From the NCBI GenBank assembly GCA_964356405.1, contig CAYHHJ010000001.1:1-25240 (forward strand): DNA of 25,240 nt, written 5' to 3'. Below, in pieces: positions 15,271-23,294 of the stretch; within the stretch, counting starts at the first letter, position 1; every line of letters starts with the position of its first letter. The DNA comes from an uncultured Candidatus Peribacteria bacterium. GTDB taxonomy: Bacteria > Patescibacteriota > Gracilibacteria > UBA1369 > 2-02-FULL-48-14. Under the pieces are notes generated by a model, which was given only the letters and a program-made list of their open reading frames with translations, did not search any database and was not told where the DNA came from. A program made the translations under genes and the position numbers.

Positions 15271-16450
15271 TCCAAAAAGGCGCCATGAAGAGGGGGAAGA
15301 GTAGGCTGTTGACGAAGATACAGTGCACAAAGAGGCCGCAGAGCGCAGAGAGGAAACCGAGGCCGTAGCCGGTTTTTTGCAGGTCCCAGGCTTTTTTTGC
15401 GAGCAAGCCGTAGAGCGCCAGGAAAGGTAGCGTGCCCAGGAGGCCGGTCATGGCGAGAATGTTGAGGAGGCTGGAATCGCCGCCGCTGGCGGAATGAATG
15501 TTGAGATCCTTGAGCGTGCCGAGTTCGAGCGCCGCATATTTGTAGCGGTTGTAGCCTTGTCCGATTAAGGGCTCTTCGAGGAAGAGCTGCCAGGCCTCAT
15601 CCCAGGAAGCAAAACGTAGACGGGCGGAGGCATCGGGAAGGGTGTAGTCGTCCACAAAGAAGGATTCCACGTTGTCTACCAGGCTCAGGAAACGGGCTTG
15701 TACGGGGGGCAGCACGGCGATCATAAGCATGAATCCTATGCCGAGAGCTGCAAGGACTTTGATGGAGCGCAGCAGGCCAAAAACAAAGAGTCCGGCCATG
15801 AGGGCCAAGTAGGCGCTGCGTGAAAGGGTGAGCGCCAGTGCCATGAGTACCACGGCGGCGAGAGGCAGGAGGATTTTGCGATTTTTCTTTTCATCCCAGG
15901 CGACGCCCAAAATAAGCGGCAGCATAAACGCCAGGAAGCCACCCACAAAATTGGGATCGAACCAGGTGGAGAGCAGACGGCTCACGTGTGGGTCCCAACC
16001 CAAATTTTCCATGCTGGTGAAATCGGGCATCACGTCGAGCTGCACAAAACCGGCGATGCAAAGGACTAGTGTGAATCCAAAAAGCATCCAGAGCGTGAGG
16101 CGTTTTTCGTCACGGTTTTGGTTCCAGACAATTACGGAGAGGAAGTAAAAACTCGCCCAGCGGATTCCGTAAAAAGCGGCGGGGAGGACTTCACCCAGGG
16201 TCATGTCGGTGGAATGGATGAGCAAAGAAGAAAGTCCAAAAAAGAAAAAGAGCACGGCGGGGAGGAGCGTGGGCGGCATTTTTATTGGCTCGCGTTTGAA
16301 GAGTTTAAGCCCCACCCAGGCCACCGCAAAAAAGGGAATGAAAAGATCGATGAATAAAAAACCGTGGAAGCGTTGCAATTCACCAATAAATCCGAAGAGG
16401 AAGGTGAGGGCCAGGCCGAGGCTGGTGAAATTGAGGGCTTTTTTGAACAT
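15233..16450 (-). CDS. O-antigen ligase / Wzy_C family membrane protein
   Basis: About 12 TM helices; motifs DPNFVGG, TLSRSAY, SARLR...W..AWQLF...PLIGQGY and DSSLLNIL..TGLLG. Confidence 0.85.
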   Translation of the reverse strand: MFKKALNFTSLGLALTFLFGFIGELQRFHGFLFIDLFIPFFAVAWVGLKLFKREPIKMPPTLLPAVLFFFFGLSSLLIHSTDMTLGEVLPAAFYGIRWASFYFLSVIVWNQNRDEKRLTLWMLFGFTLVLCIAGFVQLDVMPDFTSMENLGWDPHVSRLLSTWFDPNFVGGFLAFMLPLILGVAWDEKKNRKILLPLAAVVLMALALTLSRSAYLALMAGLFVFGLLRSIKVLAALGIGFMLMIAVLPPVQARFLSLVDNVESFFVDDYTLPDASARLRFASWDEAWQLFLEEPLIGQGYNRYKYAALELGTLKDLNIHSASGGDSSLLNILAMTGLLGTLPFLALYGLLAKKAWDLQKTGYGLGFLSALCGLFVHCIFVNSLLFPLFMAPFWISAGLLHESAKK

Positions 16451-16473
16451 CGGGCGTATTGTACACTAAGGCT
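16451..16473. promoter_or_regulatory. 23-bp bidirectional promoter predicted to give two leaderless mRNAs
   Basis: TACAAT on - (16463-16458) lies 7 nt before ATG 16450, and TACACT on + (16462-16467) lies 6 nt before GTG 16474. Confidence 0.6.
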
Positions 16474-17061
16474 GTGAAAATCCTTATTGCGACCAAAAAT
16501 CCCGGAAAGTTCAAAGGCATTCAGGAGACGTTGCAGGCTTTTGATGCCGAGTTCGTTTCGCTTGAGGAGCTGGGGATTACGGAAGACTTTGAGGAAGCGG
16601 GCGAAAGCTTTGCCGAGATTGCGCTGAGGAAGGCACGGTTTTACCACGGGCTTTCGGGTCTGCCCACTGTGGCGGATGACAGTGGCATTATTGTGGAAGC
16701 GATTGCGGGTGAACTGGGCCTTAAGACCAGGCGCTGGGGCGCGGGAGCACAGGCGACGGATGAAGAATGGCTGCGGGTTTTTATGGATCGTATGGAGAGG
16801 GAGGCGAATCGCAGCGCGGAGTTTGTGTGCGCGGCGGCGTATGTTACCGGCGATGTGGAACGGGTTTTTGAAGGACGCACATGTGGCGTGATTACGGCGG
16901 AAGTGGAAGCGCCGCTGCATCCGGGTATTCCGCTTTCCAGCGCGTTTAGGCCGGACGGGTATGACAAAGTGTACATGGCCCTGTCGCTGGAAGAAAAACA
17001 AGAGGCTAGTCACCGAGCAAAGGCTTTTTCTAAACTCTTAAACTTTTTACAAAATGCTTAA
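16474..17061 (+). CDS. rdgB: Non-canonical purine NTP pyrophosphatase (RdgB/HAM1 family), divergent
   Basis: Motifs ATKNPGK, E..ESF.E.A..KA, ADDSG and EK...SHR. The start is placed at GTG 16474. Confidence 0.88.
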   Translation: MKILIATKNPGKFKGIQETLQAFDAEFVSLEELGITEDFEEAGESFAEIALRKARFYHGLSGLPTVADDSGIIVEAIAGELGLKTRRWGAGAQATDEEWLRVFMDRMEREANRSAEFVCAAAYVTGDVERVFEGRTCGVITAEVEAPLHPGIPLSSAFRPDGYDKVYMALSLEEKQEASHRAKAFSKLLNFLQNA

Positions 17062-17296
17062 ACTCTATACCTACGAGTACTGTCCTTACTGCGAAAAAGT
17101 GCGCCGAGCCTTTGCGGACATGGGGACTGATTATGAGGAAATCGATGCCGAGCGCGGGACGCCGGGTTCGCTGAAGCTGGTGGAATTGGGCGGTAAACAG
17201 CAAGTCCCCTTCCTAGTGGACGAAGAGCAGGGTATTTTTATGTACGAATCTGACGATATAATCTCCTATGTACGAGCGCGTTCTCAAAAGGATTGA
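17054..17296 (+). CDS. Glutaredoxin-like / GST N-terminal domain protein (CPYC)
   Basis: Motifs LY...YCPYC, QVPFLVD and MYESDDII. Confidence 0.88.
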   Translation: MLKLYTYEYCPYCEKVRRAFADMGTDYEEIDAERGTPGSLKLVELGGKQQVPFLVDEEQGIFMYESDDIISYVRARSQKD

Positions 17297-17828
17297 GGAA
17301 GAAAATTCCGAACAAGACGTGTGGATAGTGGGGCCTGCCACGGGTCACATGCTGCATTGGCTGGTGCGCGTGCTGGCGCCGGACGTGGCACTCGAAATCG
17401 GTACCAGCGTGGGTTACAGCGCCGTGTGGATGGCCTCTGCAATGGATAAAAACCAGCGTGGGCAACTATGGACCATAGAATCACACGACGAACGTTACGC
17501 CCGCGCACAAAAGAACATTGAAGAAGCTGGGCTCACGCACCGCATTTTTCAGCTTAAAGGCCACGCGCCGGAAATTTTCACTCAAAATCCAGCGCTTCCC
17601 GAGCAGATCGACTTTGCTTTTTTTGACGCCACCAAACAAGAACATCAATCCTACTTCGACGCGATTTTCCCGCGTATGAAAAGTGGGGGCATGATTGTGG
17701 TGGACAATGTGCTTTCCCACCGCTTTGGAAAGATGGAAAAGTTCATCGAAGGTGTGCACGCAAACACCGGCCTCAAGGTAGTAGAAATATCCGTGGGGGA
17801 CGGGCTGCTTATTGCTCGAGTCGTTTAG
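17268..17828 (+). CDS. Class I SAM-dependent O-methyltransferase (Methyltransf_3; TrmR/YrrM-like)
   Basis: Motifs LEIGTSVGYSAVWMA, TIE, FFDA.K, IVVDNVL and VGDGL. Confidence 0.9.
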   Translation: MYERVLKRIEEENSEQDVWIVGPATGHMLHWLVRVLAPDVALEIGTSVGYSAVWMASAMDKNQRGQLWTIESHDERYARAQKNIEEAGLTHRIFQLKGHAPEIFTQNPALPEQIDFAFFDATKQEHQSYFDAIFPRMKSGGMIVVDNVLSHRFGKMEKFIEGVHANTGLKVVEISVGDGLLIARVV

Positions 17829-20589
17829 GAGCTGGAGCGCTAGTCTTTAGCGCATCCAAAATGCTAGAGCTATCTGAGCTGCTAGAAGAATCTTCTGCTG
17901 GCTTTTCTTCATCGTCCGTTACGCGGAGTTGGATGGTGCTTTTGGAGGAATAGCCGTATTGATCAACAACTTTGGCGGTCACTTCAATTACGCTGCCTAC
18001 ACTAGTGTTATTGGCGACATAAATACGTCCACTATAAGGAGACTCAGCAGAAGTGTACCTGAGGTCACCGTCCACATAGTACTCAACGCGGTCTACACCA
18101 TTTCCTTGGTCTAAAATTTCTACCTCAACATCGTGTAGACGGATCTGTTTACTGATAGAAGAAAGACTGCTGGGGTTGGTGATGGCGATTTCAGGAATAT
18201 TGGATGCTGTTTCGGCATTGTGAATATCGGTCGCGGATTCCGTCGGAGGTTGTGAATCACCTTCTTGAGTGGACGCCCAAGCGTCTATGTCGTCTTGCCA
18301 GTTGGTCCAATCTTCTTTGTAAATACGGTAGCTGCGTTCTTCCACCACGTCTTCGGGTGAGTACTCAGTGGCAAGGCGCTTGGTCACGGTTTCTACTTTC
18401 ACTTTAACGTAGGAATCGTCGAGTTCGGTGGGCACTGCGAAGTCAGCAAAAATTTCGGTGGTCACCATATCGGGTGGAGTGTTTTCGCTGGCGAGTTTAC
18501 CGCTGGCTTTGCTCACGGCCACTTCTTGAATACCGGCGGGGCGTTGCCATTCGGTTGGCTCCAAACGGTCGAGCACTTTGCCCATATAGTTTTTCCAAAT
18601 AGGGGCAATGGTGCTGTAGGATTCGCCGTTGGCGTTGAGGGCAGTTCCATCCGCGTTTCCGGCCCATCCAATGGTCACGAGTGTGGGCGTGTACGCAGCT
18701 ATCCAGTTGTTGTTTGGTAGATTCGTGTCTTGTACATTGGACGTTCCCGTTTTAGCGGCATTGTCGATGGCAGGCAGGTACATATTGGTTCCCAGGCCGG
18801 CATTTGGATCGGAGAGAATGTCGTTGATGATGTAAGCGACTTGAGGGTCGAGGACCTTGGTTTTTTCGACTTCCGTTTCGTCCCATTGTTCTAAGGTGTC
18901 TCCGTCTGTGGTCACGATTTTGAGGATGGAACTGGGTTCTACGTGGATCCCATTGGTGGCAAAAACACTGTATGCCTCAGCCATTTCAAGTGGCGTTACC
19001 ACGGCCGTCCCCAAAGCGATGCTTGCTCCGTATGGGCTGCTAGGGTCGTAGCTTAGACTTTCGAGGCCAAATTTTCTTCCGAAGTCCACGATCGCCTCTT
19101 CCTCTCCAGCTAAAAAGTATGCTTTGACTGCAGGTATATTACGAGACTTTCCTAGCGCGTAACGCAGGGTCATTGGTCCATAAAAACTTCCATCGTAATT
19201 CTTAGGAACATAGGAGCCAAAGTGGGTCTGTATGTCGTAGAAAACGGTAGCGGCTGTGTATTGGTTGAGTAGGGCGAGCGAGTACACAAATGGTTTGAAG
19301 GAAGACCCTGGTTGGCGTGAGCTGGTGATCATGTTTACCTGTCCATCGATTTCTACATCGTTGAAATCTGCAGAACCCACCATGGCAAGGATTTGTCCGG
19401 TTTGTGGTTGCACGGAAACGAGCGCAGCGTTGGTGGCCCCGTAGGTGTCTAGCAAAGTTTCTTTACGTTCTTCGATGGCTTCTTCTGCGGCTTTTTGGAA
19501 ATCAGGATCGAGGGTGGTGTAAACCTTTAAACCTCCTTGTTCCACTATGTCTGCGCCGTACTTGTCTTCGAGTTCTTGTTTCACCCAGAGAACGAAATGT
19601 TCAGCGGTGTCGAGTTCGTTGTAATTGGTGAAGGCTAAGGTTTGCATTTCGGCGAGGGCGGCCGTTTCTTCTTCCTCAGAAATCATGCCGAGTTCAAGCA
19701 TACGGTCCAGCACTAGGTCGCTGCGGCCTTTAATATAGAAGGTGCTGGCATCAGGCATGGTGAAGGTAGTGCCTAGGAGTCCGCGGGTGTATTCATCCCA
19801 CTCCAAATCTTCCTCACCCGTGATGGTGCGGCCATTTAAACTTTCTTCCGTGAGCTCAAAGGTGAGCACGGTGTATTTGTAGTTTCCGTAAGGGGAGTAA
19901 CGGGTCGGTTTATTGGGGATTCCAGCCAAAATAGCGGACTCAGCTAGGGTTAAATCTTTTGCATCTTTATCAAAATAACGTTTGGCCGCGAGCTCGATTC
20001 CGTAGGCATTGTTACCGTAAGGAATTTCATTTAGGTACATCAGCAAAATCTCGTCTTTGCTGAATTTAAGTTCCATCACCAGTGCGATCACGATTTCACG
20101 GTATTTACGAATGTAACTGTGCTCCAAATCCAGCATCGCGTTACGTGCTAATTGTTGCGTGATGGTGGATCCACCACGGGGTGTTCCAATCCCAAACTCC
20201 GAAAGCACGGCTTTGACCAACGCAGGAATATCGATTCCCATGTGTTCGTAAAATGCATCGTCCTCAATCGCTAAAGTGGCGTCCACCAGTGAGGGTGAAA
20301 TTTCGTCGAGCGATTTTAGGGATTCACGGTTTTCTTCTCCATGAATGGTGTAGAGCAGGTTTCCCTCGCGGTCCAAAATTTGTGTGGAATCTTTGGCTTG
20401 AGCCTCTTCTGGGTTGAAGGTGAACAGAATCCAGAGTGCGTAGAGAAAGGTGATGATGAAACTCGCGGCGGCTCCGCCGAGAATGGCCATAATAATGTAA
20501 CGCAAAGCACGGTGTTTCTTGCTCATCTCAGGACGAGGTTTGAGCTTTTCCCATCCGCGCTTAATATGGTGCTTTGTCCAAGTTTTCAT
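17809..20589 (-). CDS. Class A penicillin-binding protein (transglycosylase + transpeptidase) with a C-terminal Ig-like domain
   Basis: One N-terminal TM helix; glycosyltransferase motifs EDDAFYEH, GGSTITQQ, RKYRE and YLNEIPYG; transpeptidase motifs SSFK, SRN and KTG; an Ig-like tail VDRVEYYVDG...TAKVVD. Confidence 0.95.
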   Translation of the reverse strand: MKTWTKHHIKRGWEKLKPRPEMSKKHRALRYIIMAILGGAAASFIITFLYALWILFTFNPEEAQAKDSTQILDREGNLLYTIHGEENRESLKSLDEISPSLVDATLAIEDDAFYEHMGIDIPALVKAVLSEFGIGTPRGGSTITQQLARNAMLDLEHSYIRKYREIVIALVMELKFSKDEILLMYLNEIPYGNNAYGIELAAKRYFDKDAKDLTLAESAILAGIPNKPTRYSPYGNYKYTVLTFELTEESLNGRTITGEEDLEWDEYTRGLLGTTFTMPDASTFYIKGRSDLVLDRMLELGMISEEEETAALAEMQTLAFTNYNELDTAEHFVLWVKQELEDKYGADIVEQGGLKVYTTLDPDFQKAAEEAIEERKETLLDTYGATNAALVSVQPQTGQILAMVGSADFNDVEIDGQVNMITSSRQPGSSFKPFVYSLALLNQYTAATVFYDIQTHFGSYVPKNYDGSFYGPMTLRYALGKSRNIPAVKAYFLAGEEEAIVDFGRKFGLESLSYDPSSPYGASIALGTAVVTPLEMAEAYSVFATNGIHVEPSSILKIVTTDGDTLEQWDETEVEKTKVLDPQVAYIINDILSDPNAGLGTNMYLPAIDNAAKTGTSNVQDTNLPNNNWIAAYTPTLVTIGWAGNADGTALNANGESYSTIAPIWKNYMGKVLDRLEPTEWQRPAGIQEVAVSKASGKLASENTPPDMVTTEIFADFAVPTELDDSYVKVKVETVTKRLATEYSPEDVVEERSYRIYKEDWTNWQDDIDAWASTQEGDSQPPTESATDIHNAETASNIPEIAITNPSSLSSISKQIRLHDVEVEILDQGNGVDRVEYYVDGDLRYTSAESPYSGRIYVANNTSVGSVIEVTAKVVDQYGYSSKSTIQLRVTDDEEKPAEDSSSSSDSSSILDALKTSAPAPKRLEQ

Positions 20590-20604
20590 AAACCGATGGT
20601 TTTA

Positions 20605-23025
20605 TTAACGCCCGCGTATTGTACCACCGAACTTTTCTATGGCAAGGAAGGTGGCCTCTTGCAAAGTTTGGAGTTCTTGTTCTAGCAAGGTCCTTTCAGG
20701 GTGACGAATTTCGATGGAGAAGGACAGGGACTTTTTATCCTCGGGGATATTTTTGCCTTCGTAGATGTCGAAGAGTGTCACACTTTCGATGATACGTTCG
20801 GCGTCGGCAGAGCGGATGATTTTTTCGAGGTCAGCTACTTTGGTTTTTTTGTTCACCAGCACGGAGACGTCGAAGCTCATGGAGGGGAACTTGGCTAGTG
20901 CTTTGAATCTCTTTTCGGCGCGGCCATTTTGCACGAGTGGGCTGAAGCGAAGTTCAAAAGCGGCGACATTTTTGCGAATGTCATAGCCCTTGAGGGTTCC
21001 GGGGTGAAGCGTGAAAAGTTGGCCAATGGTTTTTCCGCGCACCACGATGTCCACGCATTTTTTAGGATGCGCGCAAGGGGCGGGGTATTTGGACTCGATG
21101 AGTTGATACGCACTTACGCCGAAGTTGTTGAGGTAATCCTCTAGCGCACCTTTGGCTGCATAAAAAGGTTCGCTATCCATGGCCACCATCGCGGCGAGGT
21201 GTTTTTCTTCACGAGGCATGTAGTCCTCGGTTTTGTCGTAGGTGTGGCCGAGTTCAAAGATTTGGATTTTTTCAAAAGTTCGTTCGTTGGCGGCGATGTT
21301 TGCCAGCATGTTCGGCACGAGCGTGCGGCGCATGTGAGTCTGGTCTTCGGAAAGGTAGTTGAGAATTTTAATGTGACCTTCTTCGCTGAGGCCGCATTTT
21401 TCAAAACGATCTTTACTATAGAAAGAGTAGTTCACCACTTCGGTGAAACCGAGGCCGAGTGCAAAGATAGTGCGTGTGAGGTGTTTGAAACTGCGTTCCT
21501 CGTTTTCAATGGGCAGTTTGATGGGCAGGGCAGGCAGCACGGGATCGATTTGATCGTAGCCGTGGATGCGCGCCACCTCTTCTACAATGTCTTCTTCAAT
21601 GTTCACATCGCGGGTGGCGCGGTGCGAAGGCACGATGATTTTTAGACTCTTTCCCACGATTTTTACGTCGAATTCCAGGGCTTTTAAAATGCTCACCATT
21701 TCTTTAGTCGCAATCTTTTTTCCAATTTTGCTGCAAATGGATTCCGGGCTCGCGGTGATCTCGATTTCCTTAGCTTTCCAGGTGCCGACGGTGGTGATGG
21801 GGCTGACCACTTTAGCAGTGGGGCAGAGTTCCTGGAGCAGGTTGATGGCTCGTTTGATGGCGGTTTCGGTCATGGATGGATCGAGGCTTTTTTCAAAACG
21901 CTGTGACGCATCGGTGCGCAGAGCGTGACGAACACTGCTTTTGCGAACCACAACGGGATCGAAGGTGGCGGACTCCAAAATGATTTCCGTGGTGTCGTTG
22001 CTGATTCCGGATTTGAGACCCCCTTTAATGCCGGCGAGGCCGAGCGGTTCACCCGCGAGGCTGCAGACCAGCGGATCTTCTTCGTGCAGTTTTTGTTCGG
22101 TTTCATCCAGAGTCACGAGCTTTTCACCCTTCTTTGCGGCGCGCACTACGAAGCCGTCTTTGCCCACCACCGCGCGGTCGTACGCATGCATGGGTTGGCC
22201 GAGTTCGAGCATCACGTAATTGGTCACGTCCACCACATTGTTGTGTGGATTCATGCCGGCGGCGAGCAGTCGGGCTTTGAGCCACTGAGGCGATTCTTCA
22301 ATTTTAATTCCCGTCATAATGGCTGCGGAAAAGCGTGGACACATTTTGTTATCCTCAATTTTGATGGTGAGTTTTTCTTTGCCACTCGCAGGTTTCATCT
22401 TGAGCAGTGGCTCGAGTTTCTTTAGCGGTTTTCCGAAAATTGCAGACATCTCACGGGCGAAACCATAATGGCTCCAGAGATCGGGGCGGTGAGTGAGGGA
22501 TTTATTGTCTATTTCCAAAAGGGTGTCATTGAGGCCCAGGGCTTCTGCAAGAGGCGTGCCTGGTTTTGCCTTGAGTGCGGACAAATCTAAAATCGCGTGG
22601 TCGTCGCTGCTTTGTGTTTTTTGCATTTCAGTCATCCCAATTTCTTCACCCGCGCAGATCATTCCATAACTTTCTTCCCCGCGAATTTTTGCGAGTTCCA
22701 AGGTAACGGTTTCACCACCGTGCCATTGAACCACGGCGCCTGGAGTGGCCACGGCTACGCTCATTCCTACCGCCAAGTTGCTTCCACCGCAGACCAGTTT
22801 GTGAATTTTGCTGCCGAGGTCAACGTTCACCAGTCGAAGTTTATCTGCATTGGGATGAGCGGTGATGCTCAGAATTTTCCCCACGAACATATTTTCGAAT
22901 TTCTTGGCTTCATCAATCACACCTTCCACTTCGGCTGTGTGCACAGTCACTTTCCAGCCAATTTCTGCGCCAGAAAGTTTAGGCAAGTCTACAAAGTCCC
23001 GAATCCAGTTGAGTGAAATGTTCAT
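20605..23025 (-). CDS. pheT: Phenylalanine--tRNA ligase beta subunit
   Basis: N-terminal SLNWI, OB domain HPNADKL, DNKSLTHRPDL (B domain), B3/4, B5 EEDIVEEVARIHGY, and C-terminal FDX-ACB (FDIYEG...KKSL). Confidence 0.97.
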   Translation of the reverse strand: MNISLNWIRDFVDLPKLSGAEIGWKVTVHTAEVEGVIDEAKKFENMFVGKILSITAHPNADKLRLVNVDLGSKIHKLVCGGSNLAVGMSVAVATPGAVVQWHGGETVTLELAKIRGEESYGMICAGEEIGMTEMQKTQSSDDHAILDLSALKAKPGTPLAEALGLNDTLLEIDNKSLTHRPDLWSHYGFAREMSAIFGKPLKKLEPLLKMKPASGKEKLTIKIEDNKMCPRFSAAIMTGIKIEESPQWLKARLLAAGMNPHNNVVDVTNYVMLELGQPMHAYDRAVVGKDGFVVRAAKKGEKLVTLDETEQKLHEEDPLVCSLAGEPLGLAGIKGGLKSGISNDTTEIILESATFDPVVVRKSSVRHALRTDASQRFEKSLDPSMTETAIKRAINLLQELCPTAKVVSPITTVGTWKAKEIEITASPESICSKIGKKIATKEMVSILKALEFDVKIVGKSLKIIVPSHRATRDVNIEEDIVEEVARIHGYDQIDPVLPALPIKLPIENEERSFKHLTRTIFALGLGFTEVVNYSFYSKDRFEKCGLSEEGHIKILNYLSEDQTHMRRTLVPNMLANIAANERTFEKIQIFELGHTYDKTEDYMPREEKHLAAMVAMDSEPFYAAKGALEDYLNNFGVSAYQLIESKYPAPCAHPKKCVDIVVRGKTIGQLFTLHPGTLKGYDIRKNVAAFELRFSPLVQNGRAEKRFKALAKFPSMSFDVSVLVNKKTKVADLEKIIRSADAERIIESVTLFDIYEGKNIPEDKKSLSFSIEIRHPERTLLEQELQTLQEATFLAIEKFGGTIRGR
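20618..20626 (-). promoter_or_regulatory. Putative extended -10 (TGGTACAAT) inside the 3' end of pheT, for the PBP gene
   Basis: Matches TGnTAnnnT and lies 28 nt before ATG 20589. It shares GTACAATACGC with the promoter at 16454-16464. Confidence 0.45.
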
Positions 23026-23294
23026 TTTTTAGATTTTCCGTAAAGGGCAATGAGGGTCAGAATGATGACGTTTCCGAGTGAAAAGCATCCAAAAAGAATA
23101 CTGCTGTACACGTCTTTTTCGATGAGTGAATAGGCCAAAAAGCAGGCGTCTCCAAAGAACCAGAGCACCCACATCCCCAAACTCACGTCCTCGGCTTTTT
23201 TGCTGCGCAGCATTTTTACGATTTGAGGAATGTACGCCGCAATGAGCAGCGCATTTCCAAGAGTTCCAAGGATGGGAAGCAGATTTTCTTTCAT
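23022..23294 (-). CDS. PQ-loop / SemiSWEET-type 3-TM transporter
   Basis: YIPQIVKMLRSKKAEDVS PQ-loop motif, three hydrophobic helices, 90 aa. Confidence 0.88.
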   Translation of the reverse strand: MKENLLPILGTLGNALLIAAYIPQIVKMLRSKKAEDVSLGMWVLWFFGDACFLAYSLIEKDVYSSILFGCFSLGNVIILTLIALYGKSKK

